Source of the DNA: Octopus sinensis
Taxonomy: Eukaryota
Assembly (NCBI RefSeq): GCF_006345805.1
Contig: NC_042998.1
Location: 70,432,001-70,496,000 of the forward strand
Reading direction: 5' to 3'
Length of the DNA stretch: 64,000 nucleotides
Position 1 is the first letter of the stretch. Each line of letters begins with the position of its first letter. The notes beneath the pieces are model-generated. The model worked only from the letters and a program-made list of their open reading frames with translations, did no database searches and was not told where the DNA came from. Made by a program: the position numbers and the translations under genes. Positions 13,351 to 26,700 of this stretch are shown piece by piece.

Positions 13351-13835
13351 CCCTTTAGAATTTAAAACCAGCTCTATCCAGCCAAAATATTCAACCTCTT
13401 TTATATTCAAATCAGCTAGATCTGGCCTCTCCCACTTACCCTACAATGTTATTCTAAAAATATGCAATCACATTATCAAAATCTCATAGCAACAAGGCAC
13501 TGCATGATCAATTCAAAACAATCTGAATAAATAAGTATATCTGACTGGCTTCTGTGCCGGTGGCACGTAAAAAGCACCAACCGATCGTGGCCGCTGCCAG
13601 CCTCCCCTGGCAACTGTGCCGGTGGCACGTAAAAAGCACCCACTACACTCACGGAGTGGTTGGCGTTAGGAAGGGTATCCAGCTGTAGAAACACTGCCAG
13701 ATCTGACTGGAGCCTGGTGCAGCCGCCTGGCTTCCCAGACCCTGGTCAAACCGTCCAACCAGTGCTAGCACGGAAAACGGATGTTAAACGATGATGATGA
13801 TGATGATCTGACAGAATAATTTGAATGCTAAAGGG
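13351..13835. mobile_element. piggyBac-type MITE (TTAA target site), interrupted by a family C insert
   Basis: TTAA|CCCTTTAGAATTTAAA ... TTTGAATGCTAAAGGG|TTAA. A second, deleted copy lies at ~43110-43285. Confidence 0.8.
13546..13805 (+). mobile_element. RTE 3'-UTR fragment (family C) with 2 structured modules and a (GAT)n tail
   Basis: GTGCCGGTGGCACGTAAAAAGCACC x2, AGGAAGGGTATCCAGCTGTAGAAAC, (GAT)n tail. ATCTGAC is duplicated at 13539-13545 and 13806-13812. Confidence 0.85.
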
Positions 13836-14809
13836 TTAAAGATGAACAGCATAGATGTGACTTTTCAGTGTCTACTCAGAACTTACACTCTTTTGTACAA
13901 ATGTGACAATGATGGGGGGCTCTTGCAGTAGGTGGTTCAATATTGTTTTGGTGTACCTTCATATGATGTTTTGGTTCACCTTCTAGCACACATTTTTCTC
14001 AACACTCCCTGCAAGTAGAGAAGCTGTGTACATACATGCATATCTACATATATACATGTGTGTTTATTACACACACACACTCACAAATATTTACTGCCAT
14101 GTAGTCTTGCACAAATATGTATAATGCTAATAATGGCCACTATTATAAAAGCAGCATTGTTGTTCTGTTTGATACACACCAACAAGGAAACTCTGCTTTC
14201 TGCTAACTTCTCTCTCCAATACTATAGAATATCAACTGTTGATTTTCAACATTGACTTGCTTCACAAAACCTTTCAACTTTATCAGGGAACAGGGCTTCA
14301 CAGCAACATCCATCTTGTTAGCCTATTTATATGTACGTATATATCAACAATGATCAAAGCATCTCTCCTTACAGTTGACATATCGACAGTTGAGGTGATG
14401 ATGATGGTTAAAGGAGTGGACTTGTGCATGAGCATGTGCTCACACACATGCACACACATGCATATGCACACACACACACTACCACCATTTATATATCATT
14501 TCCCCCCACCCCACTTTATTTCACTTATTCAATTCTAGAAATGACAAATTGTGAGTATACATGTATATTCATGTGTATATACCTCTGAATGTGTGTGTGT
14601 GTGTGTGTGTGTGTGCATGTGTGCATGTGTTTGAGTTTTAGTATGTATAATGGGTATAATAAATTTATATGCACATATATGAATGTGTTTTTATATAAAG
14701 TAGCACAAAATCTTAATAATTTCAGAGAATTCATGGGAAAAACAAAATATAAAATATAAAATGTGAACATATTTGATCAATGTGTTCAAGAAAATTTCTT
14801 AGAAAAACT

Positions 14810-14940
14810 ATTATTGCTGCATTATTGTTGTTATTATTATTATCATTATTATTATTATTGTTGTTGTTGTTGTTGTATTTATTTTCATCATTACTGGCTA
14901 TTATTATAATCATTTTTGTTGTTGGGTATTATTATTATTA

Positions 14941-14977
<37 letters not shown>

Positions 14978-15420
14978 GCTGTTTTAGTTGTTATTCCATG
15001 CTATTATCATCGTCATGTCATCATCATCACCACCATCACCATTATCATGAACATTATTATCACTACTGCCTCTACTACCCCTTCTACCACCACTGCCCCT
15101 ACCCCGTCTACCACCACCCATCATCACTGTCATTACCAACAGCTCTACCATCTTCACCATTTCCACCATCATGATCATTATGATCTTCATCATCATCATC
15201 ATTGTCAACATCATCATCATGGTCGTTGCCATTATTTGCGCTATTATTACTAACACATGCCATCTTATGCACATGCACAATTGTGCTACATACACCTGCC
15301 TGTGTATGAATACCAGAACACTACAATAAGTACAACACATCAATAACAACTATATAACCATCCACACAAAACATCCCACTCTCCTGAACCATCACTACCA
15401 CCACCACCCACCATTCAGTA
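14810..15420. repeat. Trinucleotide low-complexity tract (ATT/GTT/CAT/CAC)n
   Basis: Directly visible; source of the poly-I/L/H/T ORFs. Confidence 0.9.
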
Positions 15421-15547
15421 TAATTATCACTATTTTTTAATGTTACTGACTTATGCAAATTAACTTCCCAATGGCATATACATATAATACACTATACACA
15501 TATATACACACATATATACATACACACATATATATATATACACAAAT

Positions 15548-15960
15548 AGGTGCAGGAGTGGCTGTGTGGTAAGTAGCTTGCTTACCAACCACATGGTTCC
15601 GGGTTCAGTCCCACTGCGTGGCATCTTGGGCAAGTGTCTTTCTTCTATAGCCTCGGGTCGACCAATGCCTTGTGAGTGGATTTGGTAGACGGAAACTGAA
15701 AGAAGCTTGTCATATATATGTATATATATATATATATGTATGTATGTGTGTGTATGTTTGTGTGTCTGTGTTTGTCCCCCTAGCATTGCTTGACAACAGA
15801 TGCTGGTGTGTTTACATCCCCGTCGCTTAGCGGTTCGGCAAAAGAGACCGATAGATTAAGTACTGGGCTTACAAAGAATAAGCTCTGGGGTCGATTTGCT
15901 CGACTAAAGGCGGTGCTCCAGCATGGCCGCAGTCAAATGACTGAAACAAGTAAAAGAGTA
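15548..15960 (+). mobile_element. Full-length tRNA-headed SINE (family A): Pol III A/B-box head, CORE-like TTGGGCAAGT motif, internal (TA)/(GT) microsatellite, 3' half
   Basis: A-box-like TGGCTGTGTGG, B-box-like GGTTCAGTCCC; ends CAGCATGGCCGCAGTCAAATGACTGAAACAAGTAAAAGA. Confidence 0.9.
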
Positions 15961-16589
15961 CAAATATATTTTATCTATCTTTCTATCTATCTATCTCTCT
16001 ATGTGTGAGTGTGTCTAATGTATGTATGTGCACACACAAAAATTCATGCACGCATACATGTTATGAATACTACTAGTATGATATGCACAAGCACGTTATA
16101 AATGCCATACACATACACATTATATATACTGGTGGTGCCCATGGAAATTCCACTGTTATTTTTAAGATTGTTGCAAGTTTAGGGAGAATCATAAAACAAT
16201 TTCTTATGAAATAGTATCTTTTTCCTGAATTGTTTAATTCGTGAGATTGTTTAATGTCCACCTGCAGTAGTGAATATATGGTCTTAGGAAGAAAACTATA
16301 TTCTTTGTTATCAATAATAAATTTTCAGCAGTAATAGTTACGCTTTCAGTTTCATTTCGTAGTTTATCAGTCTAATGAATAATATAAATACTGTGTGTAT
16401 AATAGATTATATTTTCAATTTAATCCCATAGTTAGAGTTACAAGCACAGACAGTAGCAGAATAATATTATACACATACATCATACATTGTGTGTGTGTAA
16501 TGTATATGTCTTTTAGTGTATAGAAGGATTTTTATGTAGATAATAAACCATTTTAGCCAGTCTGTAGTTGCAAATTGTATATATAATGC

Positions 16590-18800
16590 TGGAACTGTCT
16601 GCCAGTATTCACCAATTTTGATCTCTTGTTCAAAGTTGCAAAAATTTGCAACAGAACATTACATTTCCCTGAGTAACTCTGAAAGATGGTCAAATAATTT
16701 TAAAAAACAAGCAAATAGAAAACAAAAAAAAAAACATTATTTATCAATAGAATAGTGTACTTGTCCAAGAGAATGTGATTAAATTCTCTAAAATATGTGT
16801 TCTACCATGGACCGATCAATTTTATAATTGTTAATGTTATCAACCTTTAAAATCTAAATATATTTGGATAGTGAAGTGATGAGATATCTTTCTGAGTGTC
16901 TGAAGGTATATATATGTGGTGAGAATTGTTGTTTATGAAAGGAAGTTTCAGTAGACTTTTATATAGTGTTTTTTAAATTATTATTTCACTGTAATGTACA
17001 AGAGATAGCTTAATAAACTGATGCAATACTGTTGAGGAAATAGATATTAAGTTCATTGAAGTTGCATACAGGCGAAGAATGTTACATATTTGTACTGGAA
17101 AAGTCTCTCCTCTTTATACTGGTATATGGTTATCCTTATTTATAAGATTCCAGAAAATTCTGTCAACATTAGAATGAATATTTAAACCATAGAGGGGATT
17201 ATACCATATGATATTTTATCTTCTATTTCTGTACTTATCATTTTTAGTCTTGTTCTTTTGCAATGTATTCTATCTTTGAAGTTGTAAATAATGAAAACCA
17301 TCATTGAAGGATTCTTCACAAGAGATGAATCAGGACATGCACTTATTAATATTATTAACTAAGTTTTTAAGGATTTGGGGTAATAGTTGGTATATAAACA
17401 CTTAACAACTTCTTGTTAGGTTTAGTGTAGAGGCAGTAATTACCAGAACCTAAAACTAGAGCTATGTTTAAGAAACTAATCATGCATAGATTCATATCTA
17501 TCATGATCTTTGAATATAACTCTTTGAATATATTGATGAGTATTTTCTTAACTGAATCTTTGTGAGACTATTTGTATTTTCAAAATGAGTCATACATCTC
17601 TTCTGAAGTCTATTGAATGGAATCTTTACTCAAGTAAATCTCATGCATAAAATCCAAGTAATTTTCGCAAACCTTATAGCCATCATACAGTCCAATTCTG
17701 TTAATTCACAAACCTCGGCTTCATCATACAGTCCCATGGCTACATCAAACTATTCTTGACCACTATATTTTACCCTCAAAAAACTATCATAATATAGAAA
17801 CAATTGATAAATTCTAAGGCTTTCCAAATTTAGTTATAGGTGGATAGAACTCTTACTATGTTGAACTGTATAATTTTACGAGTGTGCTTATTATCTGTAC
17901 CATGGTACTAAAGTGGAAGCCTGGGGGGAAAAGGACAGCAAAACACTTTAAGACCACATGGTGAAAGACTACAGACAAGGAAAGGGGACAAGAAGGGTGG
18001 AGAAACTTGAATGAGATCAGAACAATGGCAGAAAACAGAGCTGGTTGAAGAGATTGTGTTGCATGGCATGGAGACAACTAACTAACTATCTTAATATGAA
18101 ATATGAACTATTCTTTCATAACAGTAGTGAAGAAAACTATTAAATGTTAAAAATTACAGAATATGAAATATTTTTACTGTCTGTACCTTTCTTACTTTCC
18201 CCTGATATAGTAATCTTTATTTGGGCTTGACTAAAAATTATATATATGATCTTTAAAAGTAATGTATGATTCACATATCTCTAAGGATTTTTACTCCATC
18301 AGCCCTTTATTTAGGCTGGTAGCTATACGTATATATATATTGCTTCTGAATTATTAACATGGTAAATACTAGAGGTGGTTTTCTTACAGTTGTTGGTGAT
18401 ATTGTTTGGAAGGTATCTATGGCATGTTTAGCTGTCGGTTTCTTGCATAATTTTAGTTTTATCTGATGTGTTTGGAAAATTTAAATTTTGGTCAGAAATT
18501 TGTATATCATATTTTGAAATTTATTGGTTGATTGTTTTTTAAAGTATATTTTCATGTTAGGAAGGTTTAACACAAATGGTTTTAGTGCATTAATGTGTTG
18601 GTGATGTTTCAGACACCTGAATTTTGTTGTTTTTTTTTTTTGTGGGGAGGTATCTGTATTCCCTTTATTGAAGAAGTATTTTTCCATCTTGTTCTCTTGA
18701 TTACCTCTTCAGTCTTTTCAAGTAAATTCTTATTATAGATTTTGAGATGATATCACCATGTTCTTTGACAAAATTTTCGAAAACTGTAGTTTAACCTTCA
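16590..18800 (-). mobile_element. Decayed Penelope-like element ORF (N-terminus, RT, GIY-YIG endonuclease)
   Basis: Minus-strand pieces in the expected order: KNLLEKTEEVIKRTRWK (~18700), ESYITFKDHIYNF (~18260), FDVAMGLYDEAEVCEL (17702-17750), ILKNLVNNINKCMS*FISCEESFND (~17340), WYNPLYGLNI (~17190), HIYTFRHSERYLITSLSKYI*..NYKIDRS (~16870), LNKRSKLVNTGR (~16620). Many stops and frameshifts. Confidence 0.85.
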
Positions 18801-19469
18801 GCTATTGTAATTCTGTTTGTGGACAGAGCATGAGAAATAAAGGAACAATATATGAGTTGATGTGCATATGTAATCAAAAATGGGGATCGGATGCATATGT
18901 TAGACTGTGTTTGTTTTATTGGAAGCTGAATCTTTTTGAAATATAACTTTGAGTTTCATATTGCCAAGTATACAAATGACCGAAGTAGGGAAGCTTATAT
19001 ATATATAAGCTAACATATTTACAAATATCAAAATATGATTTATGAACAACACATCAAAATTTCATTGGTTGTATCATACATTCATTTATTCAGTTGTCAT
19101 GTGAATAATATATATTTCATCTATTCATACATGAAAATGTATTTTCATAATTTCAGTATCATATGTATAGAACACACATAAGTGAGAAAAGTGGCATTTG
19201 TTAATAAAATTTTCTGCCTGATCAATAAACTAATGCTTTTTTTAATTGTATGACTATTTTTCAGGGTATGACAAATTTATTATTTAAGAAATAAACTGTT
19301 TAAGCCAGCTGGTAGTTGAAAATTTCTAAAAAAAATAGCAAAATAAATAAATAATAAATGAGTGGAAATTGAACTGACGAGTGTGTTAGATATTAAGGCA
19401 GTATGACTTTCTCGAGAGACAACAGCAATGTTCGTCAGAGCCAATCACTTGCTCAAAATTCAAATTGTT

Positions 19470-19580
19470 AGGGAAGATGAGAGGCTAGTCAATTAAATTG
19501 ACCCCAGTACCTGATTGATACTATATTTTATCAACCTCAGAATGATGAAGTTGACCTTTGTAGGGTTTGAACCAACTGGC
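19470..19580 (-). mobile_element. Partial SINE family B
   Basis: ATTGACCCCAGTACCTGATTGATACTATATTTTATCAACCTCAGAATGATGAAGTTGACC. Confidence 0.6.
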
Positions 19581-20731
19581 AAAGTCTGTTATTCCTACAT
19601 TGGCTCACATATATACCATCCCCGCTGAGGTTCAATCAAAAAGGCAGCACTTGATAATCTCACTTGGATCAAGCAGCAAAATGTGCTTAAACACATCTTA
19701 CTGATTAAATAACATAAAACTCTCAGTTGAGAACAAACTCCAACCAGAAGTATTTAAGGGGCAAATAACATTGTCTTATCATGTAAAGAATGTTTAAGTG
19801 ATAAAGTGTTAATCAATTTAGATACAGTTTCTGATCTTCTCATTAATATGGTACCCTGCCACACTTAGACAAGATATCTAAACTTTGTCACCAATATGCC
19901 TCTGTGCCACCCACAGGCAAGATATCTAACTCTGGAAATATCATAGAGCAGTGCTACAACTCAGACAAGATATCTAATGTTATCACTAACATGGTTCTGT
20001 GCCTCCCCACCTCACACACACACAGTTAACTTTCTCTCACATAGTTATATATATGAAATGATATATGATATATGCACATGCATACTCAGATCAATACAGA
20101 CACACACATAACATAAATGTACACTGATTCAACACGCACACACATATTATTACATTCTATAGTTAGTCTCACTAAAAAAACATACATTTCCACACTACAT
20201 ACACATACACTGACATGTGTACATACACATACACTCATAAACACACACACATACACCTTTATTTAAAAAAATTATATTTAATGGAGAAGCCAAGTGAAAT
20301 TGAACCCAGCACCACACTTATTGCAGCATTATTCAATCAATATCAAGACAGAAAACAACAACAACAACTCAAAACAAAACACAAAAACAAGGACAACAAA
20401 TTTTTTAATGTGTGTTTTATTTCATTCTAAATTTATTTTTCTCATCAAAACCTTTACATCTTTTATCTGAGGTTAACACAGTCTCATCTAATTATTTCTG
20501 GCTTCTGAAATTAACAGTAGTAGCAGTAGTAGTGGTGGTAAAGTATGTGATGATTATGAGATTGGTAGTATTGGTGGTGGTCACAGGGGTTGATGATAAT
20601 GGTGATAACAATGATGATAGTGAGGGTGATGATGATGATGATTGCAGTAATCTTTCCTTTATCTATGCATTTGTTACACAGGCAGCAAAAATGCATGATG
20701 GTTATAATGATTATAGCTATAGTAATAATAA

Positions 20732-21176
20732 GCTTCTCGAACACAGGCGTAAGGTCAGAAATTTAGGGAGAGGGGTTAAATCGATTAAATCGACCCATTA
20801 CTTGACTGGCTCTCTATTTTATCAACCTCAGATGGATGAAAGGCAAATTTGACCCCCAGTGGGATTTGAACTCAGAATGTAAAGAGCTTTAACTAAATGC
20901 CTCAAGGCATTTCGTCTGATACTCTAACAATGTTACTGATAATGCTAATGCTAATTTTAGCACAAGGCCAGCAATCCTGAGGAGGTAGTAAGTTGGATGC
21001 ATCAACCCCAGCACTTTACTGGTTCTATATTTTTATTGACCCCCCCCCCCCAAAAAAAAAAGAGGATGAAAAAACCAAACTTGGTCTTGGCAAGATTTGA
21101 CCTGAGAACATAAAGAGCCAGATGAAATACTACCAAGCATTTTGTTCAGTGTGCGAACAGTTCTACCAACTTGTCC

Positions 21177-21215
<39 letters not shown>

Positions 21216-21585
21216 TAATAATAATAATAATAACAATGATAATAACAATCATTGTTTCATATTTTGGCACAAGGCCAGAAATTTTAAGGGGAGGGAATAG
21301 TTGATTACCAGTAAGTGACTGGCACTTTATTTAATCAACCCTGAAAGTATGAAAGGCAAAATTGACCTTGACTTGATTTGACCTCAGAATGTCAACAGCT
21401 GGAAGAAATACTGCATGGCATTTGGTCCAATGCTCTTACATTTCTCTTTTCTGATTTAGGCACAAGGTCAGTAAAGTTGAAGGGAAGGTGTGGAGTTGAT
21501 ACCATCAACACCAGTACCTAAATGGTATACCATTTTATCAGCTGTGGTGAGTTGAAAGAAAGAAGGGACTTGGTAGGATTTCAAT
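20732..21585 (-). mobile_element. Four head-to-tail SINE family B copies (~20732-20935, 20955-21172, 21255-21445, 21450-21585)
   Basis: Four successive (A/G)TGAAAGGCAAA.TTGACC...GATTTGA.CTCAGAA-type cores in the same orientation, separated by short or (AAT)n spacers. Confidence 0.8.
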
Positions 21586-21624
21586 TCTATAATAATAATG
21601 ATGATGATGATAATAATAATAATG

Positions 21625-21671
<47 letters not shown>

Positions 21672-22412
21672 CTTAACTGACTGGAAGTGTAATCATGTAC
21701 ACTGTTTTGTCTTGGTATTTGAACTATGCTTTAATGAGTGTTACTTCTCAATTCTCTTCAGGGGCGATATAGTTTAACTACTGAGCATTACACTATATTA
21801 TATAAAATTTGATAACAATAAATAAAAACAAAATACTCATGAAACAGAAAACAAAGCACTCGTTAACTGTTGTCTGAAGAATATATATTTTCTAATGCTC
21901 ATAACTAGTAAGCTTCAAGTTTTTAGCTTACCAAATATGGAAACATTATGGGATAGACAATCTAAACAGTCAATCACATGGCTTGACCAGTTGGTTATAC
22001 AATATAAATTAGTCTACATTTGGATTTGTTTTATTCTACGCATTTCCAATATATAGTACTTTCCGTATGCTTTGTCTTTCTATGTTGTTTATTTTTAATC
22101 ATTTTTTTTTACCTGATTATATTGTTAGTATATATAATTAATTTCAATTCTTGATACTTAGCTATTAATTTATCACATTAATAGCTTCAGTATATATCTA
22201 CTAAATAACTGATATTGTAAGAAAAAAATGAGTTTGTCAAGTGATACTTATAAAACTTGTTTAAGCAGTAAATGTTTATTTTTTAATGATTAATGGTAAT
22301 ATTATAATTCTACTTATATACGTGTATGTGTACACACATATATAAATATATACATTCACACTCATAAATATACCTATATACATGCAAGAATACACACCTA
22401 CATATTATACAT

Positions 22413-22572
22413 AGGTGCAGGCATGGCTGTGTGGTAAGAAGCTTGTTTCTCAACCACATAGTTCTGGGTTCAGTCTCACTGTGTGACACCTTGGGCAAGT
22501 GTCTTCTACTATAGCCTTGGGCTGACCAAAGCCTTGTGAGTAGATTTAGCAGACAGAAACTGAAAGAAGCCC

Positions 22573-22629
<57 letters not shown>

Positions 22630-22820
22630 ATGTATGTATGTATTTGTGTCTCTGTGGTTGTGCTTGTCTCCTCCACTGCTTGATAACTAGTGTTGGTGTA
22701 GAATAAGTACTAGTCTTCAAAAAATAAGTCTTAGGGTCGATTTGTTTGGGTAAAACCTTTCAAGGCAGTGCCCCAGCATGGCCACAGTCAAATGACTGAA
22801 ACAAGTAAAAGATAAAAGAT
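22413..22820 (+). mobile_element. Full-length SINE family A
   Basis: Colinear with 15548-15960; internal (GT)n(ATGT)n. Confidence 0.9.
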
Positions 22821-24177
22821 ATAACTCTACAATATAAATATTATACTTAAAATCTACACTCTTCCTACTGAAAAGTTTCCTACTGAAGAATGGTAGCTAG
22901 TTATCTCTGTCTGACTCACAACAAATGAAATTGATTGTGGCTGAGAGATAACTAAGCTGAGTGAAACTGAACTTATTTATATCTATTTGTAATTTACATC
23001 CATGATTATGATACTCTCCCTCCTCTCACTAGATTCATTGCAGTGAAACACTCTTCTCTGCATTCTCTAGAGAGATAAAAAAAGAAAATGAATCATAACC
23101 TTAACTTTTTAACTTCATCCAGTATACTCCATTTTCTACAAGGAAATCTAAGTGCTGACCTTCACTCTCTCAGCTTTGCCTCATCAGTTTTTGCTATGAG
23201 CACAAGTTAGAATCAAGTTGTCTCCTACTCATTTCCAAAGGAATACAAAGAGGGGAAGTTAATTAATTTAGTCACAGGTTATCATCATGCTGATGATTTC
23301 CAAATAGGATGAAACAGTACTACACATGATTACCACCAATGAGAAATTGCTAGAATTTCTTGATAAGTTAATAAGAAAGTAAAATTAAATATGAATCCTA
23401 TGAATCATTTTCCACATAATTCTTTAATTTCAAATTCAATTTTCTAATTCTGCCCTATATTATGAAGAAAAGATTATCTCCCTTGCGATAGCTGCCCTCA
23501 CTAGGGAAACTATGTGTATTTTTAAAGAGGAATTTGATGACAATAGGATCCATTCCACATTTGGTAGCAGCCATTTACTGTATAATTCCACAGATACTGA
23601 AGAATTTTGAGGAGTTTGGGTTTATCGTTCACTATGCATTTTTGACCTGGGTGGCAGACAGCATTACTGTGTCTGTAAAGCTTGATCCCCTCAATTTTTC
23701 AAGGAGTTCTAACACCACCAGGATACTAGAATAATGATGTTCTATCTATATGAAACCACTTCATTCCTATGTCCCAATTCAACTGGCTTGTTCATCTGCA
23801 CATCTGATGTCCACAGTAAGGGTACAGGAGCTAAAATGTATATAAATAATAAGAGAGGTCACCTTTGGTGGACAGAACACATAATGTCCAAATAACACCA
23901 GACTGTGATTATTTATCTGGAACTTTGAGCAGATTCTGTTATGATGATCCATCTTCTGAAGACAGATGATAATAGTATTAATAACGACAACTATAATGAA
24001 GTTTATTACCGAAATAGTTGATGATTATAACATTTATGACAATGATGATGATGATGTTAATGATAATAATAATAATAATATAATAATAATAATAATTTTT
24101 TATATTGGAACAAAGCCACATTAATGATGATAATAACTATGCCGATGATGATGATGATGATGAGGATAGTAATAATG

Positions 24178-24214
<37 letters not shown>

Positions 24215-25419
24215 TGATAATAATAAGCCTCTTGTATCCTTAAAATAGAAATTAGTTACAAACTATTGATCCGATCAAAAATTAACATTAAGCTCAATTC
24301 TAATAATTAACGGTAAATTGCTTTCATCTTTGCATTGTGGCATTATTATTATCATTGTATCACTGTATTATTATTGTTGTTGTTGTTAGAAGTTTGTTAC
24401 ATCTCTAAATTAAAGTCCCTGTGAAAATCCTCTTGAAAATTTTAGGTTGTTCGCAACAGGACCCAGTGGTCATGGCTGTGTCAGTGGTGAAGGTGGTAGT
24501 AGTGATGGTGGTGGTGGTGGTGGTGGTGGTGGTAATATGGTATAGATAAGTGGGTTGGTGGGTGAATGGAAAGAGGAACTGCTTGTTAGTAAAGGACGTG
24601 TATGAGGACTAAATGAAAGTATTGGGTGGAGATGGAATATCCAGGGGTGGATGGAAAGGTAGCTGATTGGGTGGGGGTACAAGGGTGGAATGAGGGTGGT
24701 GGATCAAGGGTGTAAGGAATATTTTAATTACTGTTATATTGTGTAGGGAGGAAGGAGTTATTGTTATTTTCCCCTCCTCCTTCTCCTCCTCCTTTCTATG
24801 TGGGACCTTCTCACCCTCTTTTAAGAATCATCAAAAGTTTTGACCACAAAGTAAAAAAAAAAAATAATAAACAAATGAATGATAAAACAAAACAAAAATA
24901 AATGAAGAAATATGGTGGTGTGGCTGACGATGCTGATGATGATAGCAGGGGAAGATGGGGATACATGGGATGAGGGAGAAGAGGAGGATAGTGATATGAG
25001 AATGAAAGAACGGATTGAAAAAACAAAGGCCATTCTATTGGATTTTGGGTTTGTTAATTAATGAAGGAAACTCCAAGAGATCAAAGAATTTTGTGTGTCC
25101 GTGTACTTGTATGTGAGTATGTATATATGTGTGAGTGTGCTAATGTACATGTATGTGTGCGAAAAAGTTCTGATCAGAATAATGCTTCATCAAAGTTTCC
25201 TAAAGTTTTATTCTTTGCTGCCTTTTTGTGTTTTTTGTAGTCAGTCACCAAAAAGATTTCATGGAAGTTAACTTTGATTTCAATATTTTTTCATCAATCC
25301 AAATGACTGCCAAGAAAGAATGTGTTTTCTCTGTGATATTTTTTTCTTGAAAGCTGATTGGATAGTTTACTGCTGGCTTTCAACTTTTCTGATGGTCACT
25401 TGTATGTAGGACTATCTAG

Positions 25420-26180
25420 AATGTCCTTCTGTTCTGCTCAATATACTGCCATATTGATAGTATATATTAACATATTGTTGTATTGACAGTATATGTTAAC
25501 ATAGTGCTGTATCGACAATATGCCAACATTTTGCATTGTTGACAGCATGTGTTAACTTAGTGTGTTGACAGTACATTGACATACTGCTGTGTTGACAGTA
25601 TATGTTAATATTGCTGTGTTGATACTATGAATTAACAGTGTTGTATTGATAGCATGTGTTAATTGATAGTATATGCTAATATGTTTTGATATAGTACTAT
25701 GTTGATAGTATGTATTACATAGTTTTATATTGTCCAGTATGTGTAAATTTAGTTGTATATTTAGAGTGCTAGGTAACACAGTGCAGTGTTGACAATATGT
25801 GTTAAAATACAAGTATGATGATCTATTTTAAGTAAATATTTTTGTTAAAATAACTGAAAATTATCACCTGAATGTGAAAAGGCCTCTTGTTGATAATGCA
25901 CTTTATCAATACCTATTGCCTTCACAGTGTAACATAGTGCTGTATTTTCAGTGTGTGTTAACTTAGTACTTTATTGTCAGTAGCATAGTACAATTTGTGT
26001 TATCATTGTTCAGTTTGTGTTGGCAGTATTTAACACAGTGCTTAAAAGTATATGATAGTATATCACTGCGTTGGTAGTATATGTTACTATAGTGAGGTTG
26101 TTATGGAAACTTGTCAACATAGTGATGTATTACTAATACCTGTCATCAAAATAGTGCGTGTTGTCAATGCCAACATTGTC
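25420..26180. repeat. Degenerate minisatellite, ~30 bp unit (ACATAGTGCTGTGTTGACAGTATATGTTA-like), >15 copies
   Basis: Recurring GTGTTGACAGTA, ATGTTAAC and ATAGTGCTGT. Confidence 0.85.
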
Positions 26181-26339
26181 TGTTGCTGCTGAGAAACGGT
26201 GCCTTCTTAAATAAACTACTCTGCATTTGCAAGATAGTAGGGTGTCATTAAACTAGAAGGTAAATGCACACCTTTTGATGGCTATTCCTAGTAGGTTGAG
26301 TGACCACAAGTATGCATATGCACACACACACACACAAAG

Positions 26340-26700
26340 TTATCGATTCATCTATACTTGCTACCCACTGTTCCTGGGGTTGAATCTTGAGGCACCTCCG
26401 ACCTGGATTTCCAAGCATGACCAGCCAAAACTATTGGATATTATCCCACTATCTTGTTTTTGGTCTACCCCTAGGTTGGTTCAACTTGAAGATCCCATCT
26501 TGTAATTCTTTCCTGTGACATTCTAGTTACATGTCCACAGTACAGGAGTTGTAACCTCTCAATGTAGAGAGGTAATGGTTCAACCTAGAGCGGCTCCCTG
26601 TTCTCTGAGCTATGCACCATTGAGTAACATTACACTGAAGATCCTTCAGAAGAACTCCATTTTGGTCAATTGTATTTGCAGTCTTTAAGTTGTTACCAAT
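26340..26700 (-). mobile_element. RTE-clade LINE ORF2 C-terminal fragment
   Basis: Minus strand reads GHVTRMSQERITRW..., then a frameshifted RGRPKTR*WDNIQ-like stretch, matching the RTE C-terminal GHVxRM...RGRPxxRW motif. Confidence 0.6.

Noticed and set aside
15548-15625. tRNA gene-like A/B boxes (also 22413, 38670, 63715)
   Set aside because: No complete cloverleaf or acceptor stem; each continues into a repeat body, so these are SINE heads.
19400-19445. SECIS-like ATGA...GA arrangement
   Set aside because: Helix II does not pair, there is no apical AAR, and there is no upstream selenoprotein ORF.
24264-24276. TTGATC-C-GATCAA dyad (also GGGTTGAA/TTCAACCC near 62214 and GTGATTTCAAATCAC near 56473)
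   Set aside because: Short isolated palindromes, compatible with chance at this window size.
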